A stretch of DNA of 26,328 bases, from assembly GCA_963758915.1 (NCBI GenBank), contig CAVWXH010000011.1, positions 1-26,328 of the forward strand. The letters are read 5' to 3'. The notes below the pieces were generated by a model. It had not been told where the DNA came from. It saw only the letters and a program-made list of their open reading frames with translations, and did no database searches. Positions 10,138 through 18,982 of the stretch are shown here, piece by piece (position 1 is the stretch's first letter; each line of letters opens with the position of its first letter). This stretch comes from an uncultured Methanomicrobiales archaeon (GTDB lineage Archaea > Halobacteriota > Methanomicrobia > Methanomicrobiales > Methanospirillaceae). A program made the position numbers and the translations under genes.

Positions 10138-10732
10138 ATGCGAAAAATCCTTCTGGTGTCGTCTGCCGTTATAATTATCCTGCTTCTGGCCCTTTTTGTG
10201 CTGGCCCAGCCTGCTACAGAAACAATCCCCTACACAGTCAAAGGGAATACCGGAGAGATCGAGTTCCGGCACTACCCCGCAATGGTGCTTGCTACCGTGG
10301 ACAGTCCCGGGAGCGATGCCGGTTTCAGCCCGCTCTTTGCCTATATCTCGGGCAGCAATAAAGCCCGGAGTAAAATCCCGATGACCGCACCGGTAATAAC
10401 CTCGGAAAAGATCCCGATGACTTCCCCTGTTGTTTCAGATGCAGCATCAATGTCGTTTGTCATGCCGGCAGGATACATCCAGGGATGAGGTTCCCGACCC
10501 GCTGGACAGCAGGGTACGGATCGTCACGGTTCCCGAACGGGATGTTGCAGTCATCCGCTTTTCAGGGGATGGCACCCAACAGGATGTGGATGCGAAAACA
10601 TCCCTGCTGCAGGAAGGACTGAAAAATGCCGGCATTAAGACGGTGGGCCAGCCATTCCTGATGCGGTACGATTCGCCCTGGACACCCGGATTCCTCCGGC
10701 GGAACGAGGTTGGGGTGGAGATTACTCGGTAA
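10138..10732 (+). CDS. SOUL/HBP heme-binding paralogue with N-terminal signal/anchor, one frameshift near 10475
   Basis: MRKILLVSSAVIIILLLALFVLAQPA followed by the same SOUL motifs. One extra base in GGA TAC ATC CAG GGA TGA separates it from ORF 10430..10732 (SRDEVPDPLDSRV...YDSPWTPGFLRRNEV). Confidence 0.88.
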
Positions 10733-10970
10733 TGTTACCCAGGCTGTTTCAATGGGATATCATCCAATCCGGCACGTTGCAGCCACATTTCCACGGGGCC
10801 CGGCCTGAACGCCGGTGCGGATTTGTGAATAACCAATAAATCAGACCTTTAATCTACCCGTTGATACCGGGCCCACCCAAATTTAAACACCGGTTTTGGT
10901 CCACGCGTGATAGCATGTTGAGGATGAGACAAAAAGACCGGACGACGAAGGGAGAAATTAAAAAAAAATC

Positions 10971-11429
10971 TTATGTGGTGGACACCGGATAACCGGCATT
11001 CACCCATGCTGCATAGTTCCCGGCAAGACGGTAGACATGCGGGAAACCAGCGGCAACGAGTTTTTGCGCCCCGGCAATACTCGGTTCATCACCGTGACAG
11101 TATACCAGGTACACTTTTGTTTTATCCAGGGATGGGATTTTTGAATCGAGCGTGGATAGCGGGATGCTGATGGCACCCGGGATATGGCCGTTCGCGTAAT
11201 ACGGTGAGACATCCACAATCACCAGGTTTTTTTCTGTTGCGATCAGGTCTTTGGCCTGGGCAGGGGTCAGGTCAGTGTACCCGGCTGTGGCCGGAGTTGG
11301 TGCCGGCGTTGAAATGATCGTCGTAACAGAAGTAGTCTTGGCAACAGGCGGGGTTGCGCTCTGGGTGCAGCCGGTGGCCAATACCAGTGAGATTATTACA
11401 AGGAACAGGATAATGGGAGTTATTTTCAT
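10971..11429 (-). CDS. Rhodanese-like domain lipoprotein
   Basis: Lipobox-like VLATGC, Thr/Pro linker, VIVDV...GHIPGAISIP, active-site loop VYCHGDEPS, LAGNYAAWVNAGYPV. Confidence 0.9.
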   Translation of the reverse strand: MKITPIILFLVIISLVLATGCTQSATPPVAKTTSVTTIISTPAPTPATAGYTDLTPAQAKDLIATEKNLVIVDVSPYYANGHIPGAISIPLSTLDSKIPSLDKTKVYLVYCHGDEPSIAGAQKLVAAGFPHVYRLAGNYAAWVNAGYPVSTT

Positions 11430-11635
11430 TCAGTTCACCACCATCTCTGCGAGGGTCTATACCGCAGAGCAGGTTGTTGACATTCTGCATCCCACTATAA
11501 TAACATTGGGTTTGGGATACACCGGGCAGCAGGAATCCCCGGCCCGGTATGTGTATGAGATAAAAGCCAGCCTTCCCCACCCGGACCACCCCTGATAAAA
11601 GACCTTAAACAGTCAGGAGAAGACTAACTTAGCAA

Positions 11636-12871
11636 ATGGCACAGCTGACCGTCGATATCGGCGGACGCCCGGGGATCGACTGCCGGGGGTTCTGCGAGTA
11701 CTGCTACTTCAAGCGGGTGAAGGATGTCCCCCCGCTCGGGTGCCGGTACTGCCTGCCCTTCAAAAAAGGCTGTGATTATTGTTCACGGAGCGTGCAGGAG
11801 CAGTATTCCGGGTTTAAAAGTTTCCGGGACATCGCTGACGACACCCTCGCCCGCCTTAACGTGCTGAACGAGGACGTAAGCCGGGTCACCATCAGCGGTG
11901 GCGGGGACCCAAGCTGCTACCCGCGGTTCAGGGAATTAATCGAGCTCCTCTCCAGCATGGAGGCCCCGCTCCATATCGGGTACACGAGCGGGAAGGGGTT
12001 TGATTCCCCAAAAATTGCGAAATTCCTGATCGATAACAACATGTCGGAACTTTCCTTCACGGTATTCTCTACAAACCCCTCGCTCCGGAAACGGTATATG
12101 CACGACCCATCCCCTGAAATCTCGTTGAAAATACTCGATGAACTCTGCGGGGCGATCGATGTTTATGCCGCTGCCGTTGTCCTCCCGGGAATCAACGACG
12201 GCGACCGGCTGATGGAGACCTGCCAGTGGCTCGAGGACCGTGGAGCAAAGGGTATTATCCTGATGCGGTTTGCCAACTCCCGCGAAAACGGATTGATCCT
12301 CGGGAATGAACCGGTGATCAAGGGCCAGCGGGTCCATACCCCTGAAGAGTTCCGGGACATGGTGACCGATATTGCAGGCTGTTTTGGGCAGCTCAAAATA
12401 AGCGGGACACCCCTCTGGGACCCCAAAATCGGTTCGCCGTTTACACTCCTGAACGAACCTGACCTCATCGCAAAACTTCCCAGGATCACGAGGAAAGCGA
12501 GTATTATTACCGGTTCCATCGCAGCCCCGTTCATCAGGGACGTCCTTCTCCAGTGCGGACACGGGGCGTCCGTTATACCGGTAACAAAAGATATTGCCTG
12601 CCTGATTACCATTGAAGACTTAAAAAACCTCGACCTTTCAGCACTCGAAAAGACGGTCATCATACCCGGACGGGCGTTCGTGCATGACCGGGAGGCATCG
12701 AGCGTCCTCTCGGCAGACGGGGTGGAACGATTAGTGGTCCGTGGACCGGAGACGCTCACGGCCGACGCGGAGACCAGCATGGGGATGACCCGCAACGAGG
12801 TCCTTTCTCTCGAACTGGAAGGGTTTGCAGACCTTATCAGGGTGATCAACCAGTATGGGCAGCCGGGATAG
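11636..12871 (+). CDS. mmp10: Methanogenesis marker 10 radical SAM enzyme (MCR arginine methyltransferase)
   Basis: DIGGRPGIDCRGFCEYCYF (CxxxCxxC), second Cys cluster GCRYCLPFKKGCDYC, ISGGGDPSCYP, HIGYTSGKGF, KDIACLIT, IPGRAFVHD, VRGPETLTADAETSMGM. Confidence 0.93.
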   Translation: MAQLTVDIGGRPGIDCRGFCEYCYFKRVKDVPPLGCRYCLPFKKGCDYCSRSVQEQYSGFKSFRDIADDTLARLNVLNEDVSRVTISGGGDPSCYPRFRELIELLSSMEAPLHIGYTSGKGFDSPKIAKFLIDNNMSELSFTVFSTNPSLRKRYMHDPSPEISLKILDELCGAIDVYAAAVVLPGINDGDRLMETCQWLEDRGAKGIILMRFANSRENGLILGNEPVIKGQRVHTPEEFRDMVTDIAGCFGQLKISGTPLWDPKIGSPFTLLNEPDLIAKLPRITRKASIITGSIAAPFIRDVLLQCGHGASVIPVTKDIACLITIEDLKNLDLSALEKTVIIPGRAFVHDREASSVLSADGVERLVVRGPETLTADAETSMGMTRNEVLSLELEGFADLIRVINQYGQPG

Positions 12872-12911
12872 CCAAAAAAACCGGCGATACTATTATGAAC
12901 GGAACCACCCA

Positions 12912-12919
12912 TTTATAAA
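12912..12919 (+). promoter_or_regulatory. TATA box of the rps15 operon
   Basis: TTTATAAA lies about 25 nt upstream of the structured leader and is followed by the palindrome CAGCAC-TTTTTA-GTGCTG (12920-12937). Confidence 0.65.
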
Positions 12920-12940
12920 CAGCACTTTTTAGTGCTGGCA

Positions 12941-13035
12941 GATGTAAATCCGACGTGCTATTCTTGCACGGCCCATTCGTGGCTGGGGATTACGGGGAGT
13001 CAGCAGTGGCGGCTCTTTTCCCGGATTTACTGATC
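12941..13035 (+). ncRNA. Ribosomal protein S15 leader RNA (S15-Methanomicrobia-like motif)
   Basis: Closing stem GTAAATCCG (12944-12952) / CGGATTTAC (13022-13030) encloses hairpins CGTGC-TATTCTT-GCACG, CCA-TTCG-TGG and GAGTC...GGCTC. It lies just upstream of the SD GAGGTG and the rps15 ATG. Confidence 0.75.
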
Positions 13036-13054
13036 GCACAGTTAGAGGTGAACT

Positions 13055-13513
13055 ATGGCAAGAATGTATGCGCGAACGAGAGGTCAGTCAGGATCGGTCA
13101 GGCCATACCGGAAAGAAGCACCGGAATGGTCCAACACCGATGTGACCGCGATCGAGAAGGTCATTGTTGACCTGAGTAAAGAGGGTGTATCAACCGCCCG
13201 GATCGGCCTGGTCCTCCGTGACCGCTATGGTGTCCCTGACGTGAAACTCGCTACAGGGAAGCGGATTGGACAGATTGTAAAGGAAAAAGGGCTTGAAGGA
13301 GAGATCCCGGAAGATTTAAAGAACCTTATTGTTAAGGCACTCGGGCTCCGAAAGCACCTTGCAGAGAATAAGAAAGATGTGCACAACAAGCGGCAGATGC
13401 AGCTGACAGAATCAAAAGTCCGGAGACTTGTCAAGTATTATGTAAGCTCCGGTAAGCTGGCGAAGGGCTGGGTATACAAGCCCGAGACCGCAGAAATCCT
13501 GCTTTCAAGATAA
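13055..13513 (+). CDS. rps15: 30S ribosomal protein S15 (uS15, S13e-like)
   Basis: MARMYARTRGQSGS.RP, IGLVLRDRYGVPDVK, IPEDLKNLI, KKDVHNKR, ESKVRRLVKYY. Confidence 0.98.
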   Translation: MARMYARTRGQSGSVRPYRKEAPEWSNTDVTAIEKVIVDLSKEGVSTARIGLVLRDRYGVPDVKLATGKRIGQIVKEKGLEGEIPEDLKNLIVKALGLRKHLAENKKDVHNKRQMQLTESKVRRLVKYYVSSGKLAKGWVYKPETAEILLSR

Positions 13514-13518
13514 TCCAA

Positions 13519-14736
13519 ATGTCGCTCGAAGAAGCAGCCGGAAGGGTCGCAGATCACCTGGAACGCCAGGAGTTTGTGGAGGTGTACGCTCACCATGATG
13601 CAGACGGTATTACGGCCGCGTCTATCCTCTGCATCGCGATGCTCCGGAAGGACATGAAATTCCGCCTCAGGGTAGTCTCTGAACTACCGGAGACCGGGAT
13701 CGCTGCCGGGCAGGGGACACTCCTCTGTGACCTCGGGTCAGGCCGTGAAGACCTGCCCGGGGACGTGATGGTCGTGGACCACCATATCCCGGGTTTCTCA
13801 GGGAACTATCATGTGAACCCCCGGCTGTATGGGATCGACGGAGACCATGAACTAAGTGCATCGGGTACAGCGTACCTGGTCGCCAACCAGCTCGGGGACA
13901 ACCGGGACCTCGCAGGCCTTGCGGTCACGGGGTTTGTCGGCGATGGCCAGGAACTCGCAGGGAAAAACCTCGAGATCTTCAACGAGGCTGTTGCAGAACG
14001 GATCATCACACCCGGGCGGGGATTACACCTGCCGGGGAGAGATGCACCCGAACGGCTCTACATGTCGATCAACCCCTACCTGCCGGGGATCAGCGGGAAC
14101 CAGCCGGTCGTGGAATCGATCCTCGACAAGTGTACCGGTGAAGAGGACCTGGACAAATCCCTTCTCCTTTCGCTGCTCGTCCTTGAGGTTGGGCCTAAGT
14201 CCGGTGCAAATGCTGCATACCGGTTGTACGGGGACACGTACGGGCTGGAACGTGAAGTCCTCCCGGACGCCCATACCCTTGCTGCAGTACTCGATGCATG
14301 CGGAAAAGCCGGAAAAGGCGGACTCGCAGCATCTATCTGCATGAGGTCAGCCGCAGGGCTCAACGATGCATGGGAGATCGCCCGGTCACACCGGCTGCAG
14401 GTAGTCGGGGCACTCGACAATGCCTGTAACATGGCTGGCGAGGGCGGGTTCTACGAGGTTGAAGATGTTGTTGTGGCCAGTGACGTTGCCGATGCTCTCG
14501 CATATGACTGCACCGACAGGACCCCGATCGTCGTGTTTGCGTCCACCGGGGAAGTCTGCCATATCTCGGCACGGTGCCCGAAAGGTGTCACCCGGGATAT
14601 CGGCACGATAATCCGCGAGATCGCCCGTGCATGCGGTGGAAAAGGCGGAGGACACCGGCTCAGGGCCGGGGCAACCGTTCCGTGCACGAAGGTCCCGGAA
14701 TTCCGGTCAGCATGGCAGGAGGCGATGGCCTCATGA
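13519..14736 (+). CDS. DHH family phosphoesterase (RecJ-like, DHHA1 domain)
   Basis: HHDADG, CDLGS, VVDHH, NP, ELSASG and C-terminal GGKGGGH...AGA, in the conserved position after rps15. Confidence 0.92.
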   Translation: MSLEEAAGRVADHLERQEFVEVYAHHDADGITAASILCIAMLRKDMKFRLRVVSELPETGIAAGQGTLLCDLGSGREDLPGDVMVVDHHIPGFSGNYHVNPRLYGIDGDHELSASGTAYLVANQLGDNRDLAGLAVTGFVGDGQELAGKNLEIFNEAVAERIITPGRGLHLPGRDAPERLYMSINPYLPGISGNQPVVESILDKCTGEEDLDKSLLLSLLVLEVGPKSGANAAYRLYGDTYGLEREVLPDAHTLAAVLDACGKAGKGGLAASICMRSAAGLNDAWEIARSHRLQVVGALDNACNMAGEGGFYEVEDVVVASDVADALAYDCTDRTPIVVFASTGEVCHISARCPKGVTRDIGTIIREIARACGGKGGGHRLRAGATVPCTKVPEFRSAWQEAMAS

Positions 14737-14963
14737 GCAGGTTAACAGTAGAAGGAGTCATTTTGACCAGGCACGGGCATTCCCCCGAGATGGCAGGCTC
14801 AATCCAGCCTGACAACCTCTCGAGCATGACCACCGGGGTGGAAGACGGGTGCGTGAAAACGGTCATCCGGAGCGAAAACCTCAGGTCCGTGATCGCTTCG
14901 GTTGACGATTACCTGATGAACCTGGGAATAGCGGAGGAGATATGTTCGTACGCTTTGCATTAG
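14733..14963 (+). CDS. pcc1: KEOPS complex subunit Pcc1
   Basis: ATG overlaps the DHH stop (ATGA). SIQPDNL...LRSVIASVDDYLMNLGIAEE is typical of Pcc1, and the position is conserved. Confidence 0.85.
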   Translation: MSRLTVEGVILTRHGHSPEMAGSIQPDNLSSMTTGVEDGCVKTVIRSENLRSVIASVDDYLMNLGIAEEICSYALH

Positions 14964-16477
14964 ATGCCGAACTTATATTCAGCGCTGACCTCACTCCCGA
15001 GGCGGTGCAGGCAGTCGGCACCCTCGTAGAGGAGTCCAACCGGACCCTGTTCCGGAAAGGAGTACCGGCTGGTGCCGGGGAAGACGAGATCGGCCGTATT
15101 GTCAGCTGGTCAGCTGAAGGGTCCCGGGTCTTCCTCTCGATCGAGAGCGGCCCGTACACCCGTGCACACGATGGCCTGTTCCGGTTCCGGAAGCAGATCG
15201 CACCGACACTCGGGCGGTTCCGGGTCGGGCTCCGGGATATCGTCGTGAAAGCATTCAGGATCACGATGAAAGGGGACTTCCCGAAGGAAGTCCATATCCC
15301 GAAGCTCCCCTTCATTACCCGGTCATGCCTCCTTGGCGATACCCTCGAAATGGAACTTGCGATGACGGCAGCCGACCTTGAAAACCGGGTCCCTGACCGT
15401 GTCGTCCGCCTGGTCGAGGAGAAAATCCAGGCATGCAGCTACGGGGGTAAAACCGAGCACTGGGAGCTCGTCTTCGAAAGCGGTCCAAAACCCCGGTTCT
15501 TTGAGAGCGACCCCACTGAAGAGATGATCAAGCGGAACTGGGTCAGGCATGCATTGTCCCGCGGACAGTGGATACATGCACCCCAGTCAGTCCAGCTCTT
15601 CCGGGCATTCGAGCAGATCGTCGTCGAGAAGATCATCGGACCAATGGGCTTTTCCGAGATGATCTTCCCGAAACTCGTCCCGTGGGAAGTCTGGAAGAAG
15701 TCCGGGCATGCAAAAGGGGTCTATCCGGAGATCTACTATGTTTGCACACCGAAAACCCGTGACCCGGCCTACTGGGAGGATGTTGGCGACTACTTCAAGG
15801 TGACCGGCGAGGTCCCGGTAGAGATGATCCGGGAAAAGATCGACGGACCTATCGGTGGGCTCTGCTATGCACAGTGCCCCTCGTTCTGGCCGTTCCTGCA
15901 GGGGGAGACCCTTGCAAACGACTGTCTCCCGATCCGGATCTTTGACCGGAGCGGGACCTCCCACCGGTACGAGAGCGGCGGGATCCACGGGATTGAACGC
16001 GTAGACGAGTTCCACAGGATCGAGATCCTCTGGCTCGGCACCGCTGAACAGACCGTTGAGACTGCAGACCGGCTCCACGAGGCATACCGGCATGTCTTCG
16101 AGGACCTCCTCGAACTGGAATGGCGTGCAGCACGGGTAACACCGTGGTTCATGGCACAGGAAGGGATGATCGAGACCGAGACGGAAAGCAGCTGCGGTTG
16201 CGGCTCACGGATTGGGACAACCGATTACGAGGCGTTCCTCCCGTACAACAAGAGCTGGCTCGAGTTCCAGAACGTTAGTATCAATGGGGACAAGTACCCG
16301 ACCGGGTTCAACGTGAAGATCCAGAGCGGTGTGGACTGCTGGTCAGGCTGCTCAGGCATCGGCCTTGAGCGGTGGACCGCTGCGTTCCTCGCACAGAAAG
16401 GCCTTGACATGGATAAGTGGCCGGAAGCGGTCGCAAAACTGGTCGGAGAGCCAAAAGAACTATTCAAATTCCTTTAA
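14942..16477 (+). CDS. serS: Serine--tRNA ligase, methanogen-type (type 2, Zn-dependent)
   Basis: IESGPYTRAHDGLFR, VPDRVVRLVEEK, GGKTEHW, LCYAQCPSFW, DRSGTSHRYESGGIHGIERVDEFHRIE, WLEFQN, WSGCSGIGLERW, including the Cys/Glu/Cys zinc ligands of the rare SerRS class. Confidence 0.94.
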   Translation: MFVRFALDAELIFSADLTPEAVQAVGTLVEESNRTLFRKGVPAGAGEDEIGRIVSWSAEGSRVFLSIESGPYTRAHDGLFRFRKQIAPTLGRFRVGLRDIVVKAFRITMKGDFPKEVHIPKLPFITRSCLLGDTLEMELAMTAADLENRVPDRVVRLVEEKIQACSYGGKTEHWELVFESGPKPRFFESDPTEEMIKRNWVRHALSRGQWIHAPQSVQLFRAFEQIVVEKIIGPMGFSEMIFPKLVPWEVWKKSGHAKGVYPEIYYVCTPKTRDPAYWEDVGDYFKVTGEVPVEMIREKIDGPIGGLCYAQCPSFWPFLQGETLANDCLPIRIFDRSGTSHRYESGGIHGIERVDEFHRIEILWLGTAEQTVETADRLHEAYRHVFEDLLELEWRAARVTPWFMAQEGMIETETESSCGCGSRIGTTDYEAFLPYNKSWLEFQNVSINGDKYPTGFNVKIQSGVDCWSGCSGIGLERWTAAFLAQKGLDMDKWPEAVAKLVGEPKELFKFL

Positions 16478-16487
16478 AGGTGATATT

Positions 16488-17090
16488 ATGGCAAGAAAGA
16501 AACAGATTGGAAGAAGAGTTGAAGGCTGGAAAGCCAAGAGCTGGTACAAGGTGTACACACCCGACCAGCTCGGAAAATACTACATTGGGGATACCATTGC
16601 GAACGACCCGGAGAGCGTGGTCGGGCGTGTCATGCAGACCACCCTCGGTGAGATCATCAATGACTACTCACGGCAGAACGTGAAAATGCGGTTCCGTATC
16701 GCAAACGTTGCAGGCGATTCGGCCTACACCGAGTTTATCGGCCATGAGGTCACCAAGGACTACCTGAGGTCCCTCGTCAAGCGGCGGACCACCCGTATCG
16801 ATTCCCACATCCCGGTAACGACCAAGGACGGAAAGAAGCTCCTCCTGACCGTCACCTGCTACACGCTCACCAATGCAAACCTCTCGCAGACTCACGCGAT
16901 CAGGGGCATGATGACGAAGTACGTGCTCGAACAGGTTAAGGGCGGGGACCTCAACGCGTTTGTGAACGCGATTATTACCGGCGAGATCTCAAAAGAACTC
17001 TTCAAGATGTTGAAACTGGTCTTCCCGATCCGGCGTGTCGAAGTCATCAAGTCAAAAGTGGAAGTACCTTCGTTATCAGTCGCAACATAA
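16488..17090 (+). CDS. rps3ae: 30S ribosomal protein S3Ae (eS1)
   Basis: SD AGGTGA then ATG at 16488. WKAKSWYKVYTP, GRVMQTTLGE, DYLRSLVKRRTTRID, FPIRRVEVIKSKV. Confidence 0.97.
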   Translation: MARKKQIGRRVEGWKAKSWYKVYTPDQLGKYYIGDTIANDPESVVGRVMQTTLGEIINDYSRQNVKMRFRIANVAGDSAYTEFIGHEVTKDYLRSLVKRRTTRIDSHIPVTTKDGKKLLLTVTCYTLTNANLSQTHAIRGMMTKYVLEQVKGGDLNAFVNAIITGEISKELFKMLKLVFPIRRVEVIKSKVEVPSLSVAT

Positions 17091-17108
17091 GGGTTACCAT
17101 ACCCTGAC

Positions 17109-17144
17109 CAGGGATTTATTCCCTGCAACGGTTTTTCTTATTTT
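17109..17144 (+). terminator. Putative terminator of the ribosomal operon
   Basis: CAGGGA-TTTAT-TCCCTG hairpin followed by gtttttcttatttt. Confidence 0.5.
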
Positions 17145-17176
17145 CGTGTTCAGGATACCTTTGAACGGTATTTTAA

Positions 17177-17282
17177 CCTGCGTTCCCGGTATCGGCACGT
17201 CAGGCGTAAAGGGGGACATGTTCACCGGACCGTAATCCCCCCAAGGTCCGTGAACATCATTACGTCAGTCACCCGGAACAGG
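17177..17282. repeat. About 106-nt imperfect inverted repeat (long hairpin)
   Basis: Nested complementary arms: CCTG/CAGG, GTTCCCGGT/ACCCGGAAC (one mismatch), GGCGTAA/TTACGTC (one G-U), ATGTTCAC/GTGAACAT and GGACC/GGTCC. Confidence 0.65.
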
Positions 17283-17376
17283 AGAAGGTCTTTTTTAAAA
17301 AAAAAGGTTTTAGAAAAAGTTTTTGTCCCTGCGATAAACTTTTAAATTCCTTCTTATAACAGGATTGTGGGAAGCC

Positions 17377-17856
17377 ATGCAATATATTATCCAGGTTCTG
17401 ATCCTGCTGTTCGGGTTTATATTTGGTTATTTCATGTACGAATTATACCGGTACCGTGCAGGAGGTGTGATCGCCATCCCGATCCTCGTGCTGTACACCT
17501 TTGAATCCCCGATCGCACTCCCTATATTTATCTATTCGGTGGCTATCTGTTACCTGATCGGGTTCATTATCACCGAGAAGACGCTGATTTACGGGAGACG
17601 GCTCCTTTACCTCTACCTGACCACGTCACTCCTGGTTACCAGTTTTTCGTTTTTTTTCGTCCTCTATTACCTGAACATGGACCTCCTGACGATTACCATC
17701 GGTGCAATATTCCCGGGGCTCATTGCCTATAATATCTCCCGTGAAGCATATTCCTTCAAGGCAGGGTTAAATACAGTCCTGATGATGATCTGGCATTTCT
17801 TTATCGTCGTAATGTTCGGTGTTATTATCTTACTGGCATCAGGGTGGAGGCCTTGA
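17377..17856 (+). CDS. capC: Poly-gamma-glutamate biosynthesis membrane protein CapC/PgsC
   Basis: About 159-aa highly hydrophobic protein with YRAGGVIAIPILVLY, LIYGRRLLY and IGAIFPGLIAYNISRE, matching CapC motifs (LYGRR; G..VPGLIA). TATA-like TTTTAAA at about 17340. Confidence 0.88.
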   Translation: MQYIIQVLILLFGFIFGYFMYELYRYRAGGVIAIPILVLYTFESPIALPIFIYSVAICYLIGFIITEKTLIYGRRLLYLYLTTSLLVTSFSFFFVLYYLNMDLLTITIGAIFPGLIAYNISREAYSFKAGLNTVLMMIWHFFIVVMFGVIILLASGWRP

Positions 17857-18979
17857 AGGACTTTATCCCCCGGATCGATGGCCGGATACGGATGGTCCGG
17901 GATTTCAAGGAAAAGATCGATAAGGTCCCACTCAGGATCGTCGTGGAGGGTACCGGGGGAAGTCCTCAACCGTTATGATGGTTGCAGAGATGTTACGGGG
18001 ACTGGACAGGGTCACCCTCGCCAAGGTGACAGGTGAGAACCCGATTGTAATGTTTGGTGGCGTCGTAATGCCACTGTACCGGGAGAATAATTCTGTCCTC
18101 CTTGATTACGAGATCATTCCCGAAGTCCTGAATTTTAATTTTGACTCGCTTGTGTTTGAAAACCAGGCAATATCACCCTACACGATGCAGTATTTTCACA
18201 AGGTGATCAACCCGACCCACGTGATTATCCCGAATATCAGGCTCGACCATGTCGAGAGCCTTGGGGAGGACCTTGTTGAAATAACAGAAAATTTTGCCCA
18301 CAATTACTACGTGCACAGGTCAAAGGTTGAAGTCTATTATATTGAGCCCATTGAATCTGTTCACCGGGTCGTGTATCCCATCCTGAAGGAAGCCGCACAA
18401 GACCTCCCGGACATTGTGACCCTCCATGATGTCCCCGTCCCGGAACAATACCAGTACCTCCCGGGGGCAGAGAACATCCTGATCAGTACCTACTTTATCA
18501 GACACTATTTTGGTGTGGATATCGATGAAACGAGATACCTCCGGAGGCTCGAGGGAAACCTCACCATCAGGACCGGCCCTGACGGGATCCGTTATATCAG
18601 CCTCGCGAAAGTGAACGATCCGGCCTCGTTCCTATCAATGATGAAATATTTTCTGGCCAGAACCGAGGATGATGTAATCCTCGTGGGATATTTCCGGAGG
18701 GACCGGATCGGGAGAAATTACCTCTTTGAGACGATAATGCCGGAAGTAGAAAAATTATACGGGCACCGGATACGGAAGATCTGGCTTGCAGGGCACGCCT
18801 CAAAACATGCATTTGACAGGTTTTCTCCTGAAACCCAGGAAAAAACGTATTACTGGGTCGGCAATGAAAGCATTGACTCAATCATCGCATACGCTAAAAA
18901 GCATAATTACATCCTCATCACGATGGTTAACCGCGTGAATAAATTCATGGATGAACTCTATGAAAAAATGGTTGTGTGA
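17853..18979 (+). CDS. capB: Poly-gamma-glutamate synthase CapB/PgsB (Mur ligase family), one missing base near 17955
   Basis: TTG at 17853 overlaps the capC stop and reads MKDFIPRIDGRIRMVRDFKEKIDKVPLRIVVEGT. Adding one base gives the P-loop GT(R)GKSST, in frame with ORF 17975 (AKVTG, VFENQAISP, PNIRLDHVESLG, AKVNDPAS, RRDRIGR), all recognisable PgsB motifs. Confidence 0.87.
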
Positions 18980-18982
18980 GTA

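Noticed and set aside
17195-17265. Possible minus-strand C/D box sRNA (ATGATGT ... CTGA) or H/ACA RNA
   Set aside because: The C box is imperfect, there is no D' box or clear K-turn, and I recognised no rRNA or tRNA target.
17950-17965. Programmed -1 frameshift or phase variation at the capB P-loop (ACCGGGGGAAG)
   Set aside because: No canonical X XXY YYZ heptamer in frame, the G-run is only 5 nt, and many similar indels occur across the window, so error is the simpler explanation.
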